From Octopus sinensis (Eukaryota), in contig NC_043005.1 of assembly GCF_006345805.1 (NCBI RefSeq), positions 96,472,001 through 96,536,000 of the forward strand: a stretch of 64,000 nt of DNA, read 5' to 3'. Made by a program: the position numbers and the translations under genes. The stretch's first letter is position 1. Each line of letters begins with the position of its first letter. Below are positions 39,770-51,074 of the stretch, in pieces. A model generated the notes under the pieces. That model had not been told where the DNA came from, did not search any database, and worked only from the letters and a program-made list of their open reading frames with translations.

Positions 39770-41712
39770 TACTGTGGCATTCTTAAATTGGCATCTATGT
39801 CGTTAATGTATGCCACAAACAAGAGGGGACCAAGGACAGATCCCTGTGGTACACCCGATGACATCTCATATGGTGTAGAGTGCTGTCCTAGAACTGTGAC
39901 TACCTCCTTTCGGCTGAGGATGAAGGATTTCAACCAGTTAAAAAGGTCATCCCCCACACCCATTGCAGAGAGTTTCACCATAAGCCTTTTGTGTGGCACA
40001 GAGTTGAAAGCCTTAGCAAAGTCAAGGTAGACAACATCCACCCATGAGCCACTGTCAGTAATCTGAGTAATGTCCTCAAGGAACTCGACAAGCTGGTCAC
40101 TGCAGCTGGAGTTAGGGACAAATCCATATTGTGAGGGTCGGATGAGACTGTGAGAGCTCCAGAAGTTCCAGAGTGTTTCTCTGACACACGATTCCATCAG
40201 TTTTGCAATACAGCTAGTGAGACTGACTGGGCGATAGTTGACAGGTGATGTGCGGTCGCCCTTTTTGAACAGAGGAATGACACTGGCAGTTTTCCACTGC
40301 TCCGGAGTAGCACCATTGTTGAGACAGTACTGGAAGAAAATAGAAAGCTGGTGTAAAAGGAAGTGCCTGCCACGTTTGAGAAGCAGGTATGTAACTCCAT
40401 CGAGACCAGGGGAGGCATAGTTGCGCTTATTTTGAAGGTGACGTCGCAGCATTGCAGGTGTAAATTCCATAGTTGTTATGGAGTTTGCTGTTAGTGATGG
40501 TGAAGATGGTACATTTTGACTTTCAACAGTGAATATGTTTGCATAGCACTCGGCAATGAGTTCTGCGCATTCCTTGGGGTCGTCAGTGATCTGGTTTGTG
40601 TGAGGGTTGCGAAGAGGGCCCACTGGAGAGTGAGGTCTCTGCTTTGAGTGCACATATTTCCAGAAAACCTTGCTGTCAGGATTGGCTGCTATGCACTGTT
40701 CAAATTCAAGCACTGCTTTTTTTGTCACTTGCTTGAGATGGTTGGAGGATTTATTCCGCTTCTTCCTGTTGGTGTCTGATTTATGCAACCTGTATTCCCG
40801 TTCAGCAGTCCGACGTTCCCTCCTGGCAAGTCGGACCGCTGAAGTTTCCCAAATTGCCCTTTTGGGGCGGTTCTTCTTTTTTTGTTTACGTGGCACTGAT
40901 GCTGCACATGCTGCCCATATTGAGTCCAGGATACTCTGGAGTATAGTATTCACATCTCCAGAGTTGTAGAATTCACGCCAGTTTGGGTGCTGTAGTTCAG
41001 TGTGGTACAGGTTCCAATCTGCTCTCTTCCAATCGAAGGAAGCAGATTGGAGATGGTTCAGGTTTTTGTTGCCCGCAAGAGCCAGATTGGCGATGATCAT
41101 AGCATGATCAGAGTCACCTAGAGGTTCCTCCGTAGTGCAATTGATAACCGCTTCAGGAGTTGTGGTGAAGAGCAGGTCCAAGGTGTTGTCGCCTCTTGTT
41201 GGAGAGGTGACTACTTGTGACCAGTTTGAGTCCAGCACAAGCTCAACAAAATCGTTTGCACTCTGTGGCCAATGGAAGGTCTCCCAATCGATCTCAGGAT
41301 GATTGAAATCGCCTGCAATAAACACATAAGTGGCTGTTTTCCTGGCAGCAGCTCGGAGGACATTGCAAAGCTGTGTGTCCCGATGGTAACTTGGGGGACG
41401 ATAAACAACGCCAAGCAGGAGTGTTGACATGGTCATACGCACGTCACAGAAAAAAACTTCTTCTTGTGATTCGTTCAAATCGGCACAAGGAATTACCAAA
41501 AAATTTGAACGAACGTAGACCATCACACCACCACCACGGCGGTTAGTGCGGTCCTTACGGAAGAGGTTGTACCCCGTAATGTTGAAAACCCCATCACAGA
41601 GTAAGGAATGCGCCCATGTTTCTGTGACAGTGATGAAGTCAGGGTCAACACTTCTGACGTAGGCGTTGAACAAATGTATTTTGTTGCATAAACTGCGAGC
41701 ATTTAAGGACAA
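39766..41712 (-). CDS. LINE ORF2, N-terminal part (APE endonuclease plus RT N-half)
   Basis: NARSL, VTETW, GGGV, YRPP, GDFN, DLLF, SDH; NYRPVSLTS, YLDFAKAFNSV, GVPQGSVLGP. The track start is TTG; the frame is open back to about 41796 with no ATG. Confidence 0.95.
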   Translation of the reverse strand: MSLNARSLCNKIHLFNAYVRSVDPDFITVTETWAHSLLCDGVFNITGYNLFRKDRTNRRGGGVMVYVRSNFLVIPCADLNESQEEVFFCDVRMTMSTLLLGVVYRPPSYHRDTQLCNVLRAAARKTATYVFIAGDFNHPEIDWETFHWPQSANDFVELVLDSNWSQVVTSPTRGDNTLDLLFTTTPEAVINCTTEEPLGDSDHAMIIANLALAGNKNLNHLQSASFDWKRADWNLYHTELQHPNWREFYNSGDVNTILQSILDSIWAACAASVPRKQKKKNRPKRAIWETSAVRLARRERRTAEREYRLHKSDTNRKKRNKSSNHLKQVTKKAVLEFEQCIAANPDSKVFWKYVHSKQRPHSPVGPLRNPHTNQITDDPKECAELIAECYANIFTVESQNVPSSPSLTANSITTMEFTPAMLRRHLQNKRNYASPGLDGVTYLLLKRGRHFLLHQLSIFFQYCLNNGATPEQWKTASVIPLFKKGDRTSPVNYRPVSLTSCIAKLMESCVRETLWNFWSSHSLIRPSQYGFVPNSSCSDQLVEFLEDITQITDSGSWVDVVYLDFAKAFNSVPHKRLMVKLSAMGVGDDLFNWLKSFILSRKEVVTVLGQHSTPYEMSSGVPQGSVLGPLLFVAYINDIDANLRMPQY

Positions 41713-41768
41713 TTTGTACCCTGCTCGCAGTTTATGATGGTGTGTAGAGGATGGCAGGTTGTTCTGGC

Positions 41769-42559
41769 TTAGTTTCCCTGAGTTGCTGTAGTCTTTTTAG
41801 TTATTGTGGGTAGAGAGCACTCAGACCAGCTGGTATCTCTCTTCCACGTTTCAGCAGTCTTGACAAATCTCCAGATTTGTCCATCTTCCCGAAGACTGAA
41901 GCTTTCCTGTAGAGCTGAGTTCCTATTCAGGGAAGCCACTACACGTAGCTTCGGACGTACATCGGACGGTAAGCCTGGGCGTGTTCGGAAGGTGGTTCGA
42001 TTTTCCCGCCCAGCTTTAATTGAGGCCAGATGGTAAGAGGTTGCCTCAGTGGGGTCCGTAAAAGACAACTTGATGAGCCTAGGTTTTGGGCCAGGTCGTC
42101 CAAGGCGGACAGCACCCGTTGGGGGAACGCAGCCTAGGTCTTTGGCTGAGTTGGCAGCAAAAGCCTGAAGATCAGCCATGTCTTCTGGTACCCCAATGGC
42201 AATGACTTCATGGGTGGCAGAATCCGCGGTCTTAAATGCGACAAGAGGTACAGGTACAGGGAGGTTCTTTAGCAGAGCATTCCGATAAGACCCCTCATTG
42301 TGGAGTCCAACCTGAATGGTTGCTTTTATTCCTGCTACTTCCCCTTTTAAAGCACAGATCGATTGTTGCAGTTCTGCAAGAACCGCACTGGTCAATTGGT
42401 GTTGTTGTTGTTGCTGCTGTTGCTCTGGTTGTGGTTGATTTTGTTGTTGCTGTTGTTGTTGTTGATGTTGTTGTTGCTGCTGCTCTGGTTGTGGTTGATT
42501 TTGTTGTTGCTGCTGCTCTGGTTGTGGTTGATTTTGTTGTTGCTGCTGCTGCTGCTCTA

Positions 42560-42592
<33 letters not shown>

Positions 42593-42749
42593 CTGGTTGT
42601 GGTTGATTTTGTTGTTGCTGCTGTTGCTGTTCCGCCTCCTCCACGGGAGTGGCAGGGGGAGACACAATCGTCGGTTGTGGAGGCACGCAGGCCTGACACT
42701 GAAAAGTCCAAGATTTAAGCTGAACCATCTTCCAGAGTCTATCCATCAT
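41769..42749 (-). CDS. LINE ORF1, main part (CxxC end, polyQ array, coiled coil, RRM-like region)
   Basis: FQCQAC, repeated QnNQPQPE, LAELQQSICALKGEVAGIK, SYRNALL, IAIGVPE...RLGRPGPKPRLIKLSF; the frame is open upstream to about 42849 (ECGTCLISVCLQC). Confidence 0.85.
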
Positions 42750-42985
42750 AGCATTATGATGGCTCTTTTTTTGGCCTGGGATCTTCTGAAAGTCCGTGGC
42801 ACATTGGAGGCAGACAGAGATGAGACATGTCCCACATTCACCCAGCGATTACGGAACGTATTTTCGGGTTCCGTACAGATGTGGCAGGTGTGATTTTCTG
42901 GGCAGTGTTCTATTTTAGAGCAGCGACCAGTCTTATCGCACGCCGCTATGGATTTCACCATGGCGATTCTGTTGGTTCTGGTCAT
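42746..42985 (-). CDS. LINE ORF1 N-terminus (start of a PHD-like zinc finger), frameshifted
   Basis: MTRTNR...CHICTEPENTFRNRWV joins ECGTC...CLQC after one -1 shift at about 42840. Confidence 0.7.
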   Translation of the reverse strand: MTRTNRIAMVKSIAACDKTGRCSKIEHCPENHTCHICTEPENTFRNRWVNVGHVSSLSASNVPRTFRRSQAKKRAIIML

Positions 42986-43602
42986 CCGTAGAGACAGAAA
43001 ATGTAAACAACAATACGATAAAAGTAAAATATAAAATATTTGTTTTTGATTCGTTCTTTTTTGTGTATATTCCTTGTTCTTAAATATTGTGTGTGTATAT
43101 ACACATGTTTCGTTCTTTTTCGTGTATATTCCTTTTTTTCTTAAATATTGCGTGTGTATACATAAAAGTATTTGTGCGTATAGACACGGAGAAAGTTTGT
43201 AAACAGAAATGAAATTTTTGATTTTTTTGCAGTGTAGTCCGTCACATTAAATAGTGTGATTTATTTTCACTCTGCACGTATATACATGTGTGCTACAAGT
43301 ATCTATGTATGTATGTATGTCACTGCTTTATAAATTTTGGACGTACTTACTGTCGTTCAACGATTTCTTTTACCCTCAACTACACGTGGTGAATTCTTCC
43401 ATTGTAGATCTGTGGTGGTCATCATGTGAGTGAAATTGGTAGTTAAAAACTAAAGCAACTTGTCATACGTATACACATGCACACACGCACGCATAGGCGC
43501 ATACACATGCACACACACACGCATAGGCGCATACACACTCACACACAGAGACGCATGCACATACACACTCACACACAGAGACGCACGCACATACACGCGC
43601 AC

Positions 43603-43978
43603 AACCATCTTACTAACAATAACTCTGAGCACCTTTTCAAACTCCACCTGTCTAACACCCATGGACATGTTTACAAAGTCAGAAAACAGCACAGCTCCCA
43701 TGACTTTCGGAAGCATTTTTTCACGCTAAGAGTTGCTGAAGCATGGAACAAACCGCCGGCATCAGTTGTTAGTTGTCGGAGCACGGCATCCTTCAAAACT
43801 TCCATGCTTTCTGAGATTCACCAACACTACACCTGATTGTCTCCCCTCCATACACACGTAAGCATGTATCTGACTCAGACATTTGTATATTACTGCATAT
43901 GCTTTATGCACACTTTTGACAAGATGTGGTGCACCTGAGCACTGTATACAATAATTTCATTATTATTATTTTTATTAT
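43603..43978 (+). mobile_element. 5'-truncated copy of a sister CR1 subfamily (ORF2 C-terminus plus 3' UTR)
   Basis: NHLTNNNSEHLF...RKHFFTLRVAEAWNKPPASVV...HYT*, then a 3' UTR and (ATT)n tail; homologous to 38898-39190. Confidence 0.92.
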
Positions 43979-44947
43979 ACACACGTGCGTGTGATGGGTT
44001 TCCTCTGAGTTTCTATCAAATTCTAATCAGAAGACTTTCGTCGCCAAAATGGTTACAGTTAAAATCTCTTTATAAAGGGGCTGCACACTGGGATTGAACC
44101 TCGAACCATGTAACTGCAGAGCAAATTTCTTAACGGCACAGCTTTGCATAGATCTATGTATGCCTAAATTGTGATTTTTAAGTGAAACTGAATCTGAGAA
44201 AGATGGCTGTGGTTGTGGTGAAACAGGTTTTTATAATGCGTGCAGTCAATATGATGTTGGTTGCTGTTGTTGTGGCTGTGTGGTAAGAAGTTTGCTTCCC
44301 AACCACATGATTCTGGGTTCAGTACCACTGCGAGGCACCTTGGGCAAAGTGTCTTCTACTATAGCCTCGGGCCTTGTGAGTTGATTTGGTTGACGGAAAC
44401 TGAAAGAAGCTAGTCGTGTATATATCATCATCATCATCATCATCATCGTTTAACGTCCGTCTCCCATGCAAGCATGTGTTGGACGGTTTGACAGGAGCCC
44501 GCCAGGTACGAGACTACACCAAGCTTCTGTATCTGTCTTAGCAGGGTTTTTACGGTTGGATGCCCTCCCTAACACCAACTGTCCTGGAGAGTGGACTGAG
44601 TGCTTTTTACGTGGCACCAGCACAGGCGAGGTCAGTTTTCACAGCTGGGTGCCCTTCCAAATGCTATCAGTTTTACAGTGTGGACTGGATGCTCCTCACA
44701 TGCCACCAGCACCGGCAGGGTCACCAAATAACTTGCAAGACACGGAATTTTGAGAGGGGAGGGGGCATTGGGGGAAGGATTCTTGTGGCAGATGAGTAAA
44801 GAGAGGCAGAGAGGCAGAAACAGGGGTTTTGTTATAGAGGGAGGGGGACATTGGAGGAAGTGATTTTGTGTGAGATGATGAAAGAGAAAGAGAAACAGAG
44901 AAGAAGAAACAGGTGTCTTGCTATAGAGGAGGTACATGGTTACTCGG

Positions 44948-45011
<64 letters not shown>

Positions 45012-45242
45012 GGGACAAAGAGAATGTGAGAGGAAAAGAGAGAGAAAGAGAGCGAGGGGAGAGAGAGGTACAAGAAGGACAAAAACGGGGGTACTGATGT
45101 AAAAGAGATACCTTGTTATCTAGCCAGAAGGAAAAGCAAGAGAAGGAGAAAGAGAGAGAGAGAGAGAGATCAAAAATGAGGGCAGAAACAGGTGTGCTAC
45201 TCTAGAGGAGATACATGGCTACCCAGCCAGAGGGAAGAGCAA

Positions 45243-45291
<49 letters not shown>

Positions 45292-46336
45292 GAGCAAAAG
45301 TGCAAGAGAGCAGGAGAGAGATGGTGGTGAAGTGCCAGGGTATACTCACAAGTAACAAGGATCAGAGCATAGTTGGAATGATAGAGTAAAGAAGAGAGAG
45401 ATAAATGGTGGCAATTGCCAGGGCATGCCCTTAAGGTACGGGGGTCATAATATACGCGGCCAGGTATTATCGAGAAGGCGCGAGTAAGGAGTGGGGATTG
45501 CAGTGAGTGGTGAAAACCTAGTTATAAAGATAGGGTGGGGGAAAGCAGCGATACATTGAGGACCGGGGTGGGACACAATCATAGTGTGTGAAAAGAAAAT
45601 GTGAGGAAGAGAAAGATGCAGTTTAGAAGAGGAGATGTAGTTCGGTTTCTTGGAGTAGGATGTGTGAAAAGTTTATTGTGTGCACACACACACACACACG
45701 AGCGTGTGGGCGTGTGTGAGTGCGTGTATGTTTGTGTCTCCTGATCGTGACATCGTGCGATAGTCATTCATTTCCATGGCCACGGGAGAATATTACCTGG
45801 GAACAGGTGAAGGTGGGTGACAGGAAGGACATCTGTTCGTACAAATCTGCCTTATAAAACTTCGTCTGACCCATGCAAGATGGGAAAAGTGGACGTTAAA
45901 ACAACAATGATGTTGAGGATTTGAAATCAGGAATGTTGGTCTCCTTGTCCAGTTTACTCTACTCCAATAATTCTGATGCCATGATTCTCAACTCTCAAGG
46001 ATTTTGTTGTCGAATATTTATTGTTTATCGACATATCTGAATGACTCTTCACAGACTCTAATCACCCAACCGCGAAGAGTTGCAACATCGGATTCATTTC
46101 TTAACGGTCGAAAGACTTTCTTGCTATGTGTTAACTACTGACCCGTAACAATTATTTTCCACTTTCTATTTTTTCATTATTTACTTGTCTCTGTCTGTCT
46201 GTCTGTCTTCTCGCCCCCCTCTCTCTCCCCACAGCCACCTTCATTGAACAGACGACATAAAGGTCAATGAGATTACAAATGTAGAATTTGCGATTTCTTC
46301 GGTTACACTTTCACGGACATTCGGAAGCATATTGAG

Positions 46337-46720
46337 AGGCTGTGTGGTAAGTAGCTTGCTTACCAACCACATGGTTCCGGGTTCAGTCCCACTGCGTAAC
46401 ACCTTGGGCAGGTGCCTTTTACTATAGCCTTGGGTCGACCAAAGCCTTGTGAGTGGATTTGGTAGACGGAAATTGAAAGAAGCCCGTCGGATATATGTAT
46501 ATATATATGTGTGTGTGTTTGTGTGTCTGTGTTTGTCCCCCAAACATTGCTTGACAACCGATGCCGGTGTGTTTACGTCCCCGTAACTTAGCGGTTCGGC
46601 AAAAGAGACCGATAGAATAAGTACTAGGCTTACAAGGAATAAGTCCTGGGGTCGATATGTTCGACTAAAGGTGGTGCTCCAGCATGGCTGCAGTCAAATG
46701 ACTGAAACAAGTAAAAGAGT
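46337..46720 (+). mobile_element. Full-length tRNA-derived SINE
   Basis: Head GGCTGTGTGGTAAGTAG...GGTTCAGTCCC, internal (TA)/(TG) tract, 3' end GGTGCTCCAGCATGGCTGCAGTCAAATGACTGAAACAAGTAAAAGAG. Confidence 0.88.
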
Positions 46721-47149
46721 ATATGAAAACCTTGGTTTGTGATAAATGTGGTTAGACTCTTCTCTTTTTATCTTTTATCTTTTATACTTGTTTTATTTGT
46801 TGGACTGTGGCCATGCTGAAGCATCGTCTTGAGAGATATTAGTCGAACAGATCGATCCTGGTACTTATTCTATCCGTCACTTTTACTTATTCTATCCGTC
46901 ACTTATAGTGAAATGGACGAAAACAAGCCAACACCGCTTGTCACACTGTGCAGGTAGTGATGGACAAACACAAATACACACTCGCACACACTCACACACA
47001 CTTATACACATATATGTATATATGTGTATACACTCACACACACACACACTTTATTCGTGGGGTAACCATAGTTTTGACTGTGACTTCGAAGTTTAGGCCT
47101 GCTTAGTCTTCATCGGAGTGTTGGCTTTACATAATACATGCACACAGAC

Positions 47150-47740
47150 ATGTGTTCACACATGCATACATACATACATACACGTACAAACAAGCATACA
47201 TGCATACATACATACATACACGTACGCATACATGCATACATGCATACATACATACATACATGCATACATACATACATACATACATGCATACATACATACA
47301 TACATACATGCATACATACATACATACATACATACACACATACATACATACATGCATACATACATGCATACATGCATACATACATGCATACATACATACA
47401 TACATACATACATACATACATGCATACATACATACATACATGCATACATACATACATACATACATACATACATACATACATACATACATACATGCATACA
47501 TACATACATACATGCATACATGCATACATACATGCATACATGCATACATACATACATACATACATACATACATACATACATACATGCATACATGCATACA
47601 TACATGCATACATACATACATGCATACATGCATACATACATGCATACATACATGCATACATGCATACATACATGCATACATGCATACATACATACATACA
47701 CAAAAAGTTACACACACACACGCACACACACACACACACA
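47150..47740. repeat. Compound (CATA)n/(CATG) tetranucleotide microsatellite ending in (CA)n
   Basis: Seen directly; explains the six overlapping ~200-aa repetitive ORFs. Confidence 0.97.
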
Positions 47741-48016
47741 CATCTTTTAAATTGTATTTCATTTATTGTTTGACATTTAATAAAATGGCTTTTTGGTGTG
47801 AACTTATTAATAATTATAGGAAATATTTGCAGAAGTCGCTGAAGTTTCTCGAAGACAGCAAGTTTGTCTTCCAGTCACATGTGTCGAAGAGGCAGTAAGC
47901 TATCTGATACGGCCGAAGCCTCGGCTACCAAGGAAAATTTTGTACGGATCACTGACGAAATACAAAAGACTTCCGAAGAAATTACACACACACACACACA
48001 TACCCCCCACACAGAC

Positions 48017-48047
<31 letters not shown>

Positions 48048-48053
48048 CACAAC

Positions 48054-48084
<31 letters not shown>

Positions 48085-48249
48085 ACAAACATCCTCACTC
48101 GTATTTATGTGTTTACGTCATAAGAATTTAGAAATTTCGAGAGATGTAAACGGTTGAACTTTAAGTCTAACTATAAATCATCACTTCTGCTTCATTTCTT
48201 CTTTTGCTTAGTTTCAGCCATTTGAATGTGGCCATATGTCACATAACTA

Positions 48250-48830
48250 GCAATTTTGAGGGGAGGGGTAAGTCGATTACATCGATCCCAGGGCTTAATC
48301 GACCCTGAAAGGATGAAAGGCAAAGTCGACCTCAGCGGAATTTGAACTCAGAATGTAACGGCAGACGAAATACCCATTTCTTTACTACCCACAAGGGGCT
48401 AAACACAGAGAGGACAAACAAGGACAGACAAACGGATTAAGTCGACAACATCTACCCCAGTGCGAAACTGGTACTTAATTTATCGATCCCGAAAGGATGA
48501 AAGGCAAAGTCGATCTCGGCGGAATTTGAACTTAGAACGTTACGGCAGACGAAATACCGCTAAGCATTTCGCCCGGCGTACTAACGATTCTGCCGGCTCG
48601 CCGCCTTAATAAAGGCTAGAAATAATGCTTTTTGCTATAGGCACAAGGCTTGACATTTGGTGGGGGAGGAGGCTAGTCGATTACATCAACCCAATACTTA
48701 TTCTGTTGACCGCAAAAAAGGATAAAATGGCAAAGCCGACCTCGGCGAAATTTGAACTCAGAGACGAGCGAAATGCCGCTAAGCATTTTGACAGGCGTGC
48801 TAACGATTTCGTCTTACTAAAGAGTATAAA
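48250..48830 (-). mobile_element. Cluster of three SINE copies (10669 family)
   Basis: Repeated GGATGAAAGGCAAAGTCGACCTCGGCGGAATTTGAACTCAGA. Confidence 0.8.
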
Positions 48831-49778
48831 TAATAAAGTATGACTAATATTAGGTTAAAAACCCTCAATGGATAAGAAAGGTCGAAGGTTGTTCGTAGGA
48901 TGCGAATGCACATCGTCTGCAAACATGACCGACGTTCTACCGTATATATACATTCTTTTGTTTTTAAATTTGTTCTTTTTGGAAATATAAAGAGGGGAAT
49001 ATTAAAAAAAAATGAGGAAATTTGAATTTAATCTTTTAGGAAATGTAAAGGAGGAAAAATTATCAAGCAAGATATATGGTAGAGGATATAGGTGTTGTAT
49101 GGGCAAACGGCCAAGAAGTTCGCCATTGAGCAGGATCTTAAGAAAATGTCATTTTCTGTAGCCTTGGTTCGACCTATACTTTATGAGTGAAATTGGGTTG
49201 ACGGAAACTGTATGGAAGCTCGTCAGAATGGATTGCATCTGTAATCCAAAAAGGCAAAGTCTTGTCTTTCATTGTGTCACGCTGATTTTACCCGAGAATT
49301 AAATCAAAGGTGTATGTATTTGTATAATACTTGGCCACTGATACGTTAATTCAGGGGCAGGTAATCCAGTTGACCGACAAATTAAATCCTCATCGTCGAA
49401 CGACGGTGATACCCCTCAAACAGGCAAAATCGTCAGAACGTCTGGAAAATTATTTGCGATATTTGTTTCGGCTCTTTGCATTCTGAGTTCAAATTCCGCC
49501 GAGGTTTATTCTGCCTATCAACCCCAGGGGTCTATATAATAAAGTACTAGTTAAATGCTAGGGGTTATTGACTAACCCACACCTGTCCTAAAAATTGCTG
49601 GCTTTCTGTCTAAAATCAGAAATCACATATTTTGTGATAATTAAGGTGGCGAGCTGGGAAAAATGCTCAGCGACATTTCTTACGACAGTTTGCGTTCTAA
49701 GTTCAAAATCCGTCAAGATCAACTTTATGTTTCGAGGTCGAAAAAAAAAGGTATCAGTTGAGTGCTGTGGTCGATGTA

Positions 49779-51074
49779 CGAGGGGTGTTCATGAAAGATT
49801 TCCCCTGATACACATTTTAAGGACTGGGATAAATGAAACTTGGCATAATTATTAGTCCTTCTCTACATAGCTAGCATCAAGGTGACACACTTCTCCCATC
49901 GTTTTATGCAGCTGTGAAGATCTCGTCTGTAGAAGTCGGTAGGTTGTGTCTGGATTCAAGACCTTACCTCGGAAATAAGTTCATCATCATCATCCGAAAA
50001 ATATTTTTCCTTCAAAAAAGACTTCATAGTTGGAAAGAGGTGGGAGTCAGATGCGCGACGTCTAGAGAGTAAGGGGAACGAGGAAGAATTCATAGCCGCA
50101 GGAGTGTGCTTTCATCTGGGCAACGTGCGCATTGTGAATTAGAGCGTTGTCTTGGAGGAGGAGGATTCCTTTGGTCAGCATGTCATGCCTCTCTGCTTTG
50201 ATGGCGTCCCGCAATTTCTGTAGCACAGAAGCATAATATGCCCTGTTAATTATGGTGCCCTTTGCCAGAAAATCCATCATCACTTCTCCGTGTTGGTCCC
50301 AAAAGACTATGAGCATCGCTTTGCATGCTGAAGGTTGGTCACGAGCCTTCTTTGGAGGTGGTGAGGTATCATGCTTCCATTGCTTCGACTGGACTTTAAT
50401 CACAGCATCATACTGATGGACTTATATTTCATCTTGTGTGATAAGTCTGCCGAAAAAGTTTCCCTTGTTTTCTTGGCACATTGCCAAAAGATCCTGGGAG
50501 CAATCGACTCGTTCCTGGTTCTGAAAAGGCGTGAGTATTCGGGGAATCCATTGTGCAGACAACTTCTGCATGTGCAAATGTTCATGAATGATTTTTTTTA
50601 CGGACCCTTACACTTATCTTCACTTCTTGGGCTAGTTGCCGAATAGTTATGCGGTGATCCTCCAAAATGGCGGTTTCCACTTTATGGATGGTGTCGTCAT
50701 CAATGGCGGAATGTGGTCGTCCGGGAATAGGAGCAGTTCCCACCGATGTCCGACCACATTTGAACTGGCGATGCAAATGCTTGACTATTTTGTATGATGG
50801 TGTATCGCCACCATAAACTTCTTTCACCTCATCGAAAGTTCCATTTGGTGTACGACCTTTCAAGTACAAGAACCGAATTATCGATCTGCATTCAACTGCT
50901 TCCACTATTAACACCTTAGTTCACTTCAGCAGCCGTAAAAGACAAACGAATACTTGTGGAAAGCTACAATTTACAATGTGACATGTAGAGACATGTATGA
51001 TTATACCTGTACGAGTTCCGTTTCCTGCAATAACCTGAAGTAGGTCCCCTATATCTTTAATGAGCCACTCCTCG
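49779..51074 (-). mobile_element. Full-length decayed mariner transposon
   Basis: TA TSDs; TIRs CGAGGGGTGTTCATGAAAGAT / ATCTTTAATGAGCCACTCCTCG; transposase pieces 50582-50914 (HTH, PGRP) and 50062-50403 (VFWDQHG, YYASVLQKLR, LLQDNA). Confidence 0.92.

Larger units (their letters stand above)
38898..43040 (-). mobile_element. Near full-length CR1-group LINE (non-LTR retrotransposon)
   Basis: ORF1 plus APE endonuclease/RT ORF2, short 3' UTR ending in (ATT)n at 38898-38917; the 5' boundary is approximate. Confidence 0.95.

Noticed and set aside
42236-42893. Plus-strand V/A- and L-rich ORFs and a T/A-rich minus ORF overlapping LINE ORF1
   Set aside because: Alternative frames of the CAG/CAA repeat array.
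38898-43978. The two CR1 pieces as one twin-primed inversion
   Set aside because: Both carry their own 3' tail and differ at many synonymous sites, so they are independent insertions.
46040-46130. Hammerhead-like fragment (CTGAATGACTCTTC...GAAGAGT...CGAAAG)
   Set aside because: The core spacing is wrong and the stems cannot be closed consistently.
46337-46410. tRNA gene candidates at SINE heads (also 8200, 13580, 38060, 57350)
   Set aside because: A/B-box-like motifs only; no complete cloverleaf, and each continues into SINE body sequence.
47110-47898. Six ~200-aa ORFs (MYVC/HTYI repeats)
   Set aside because: Stop-free frames of a CATA/CATG microsatellite.
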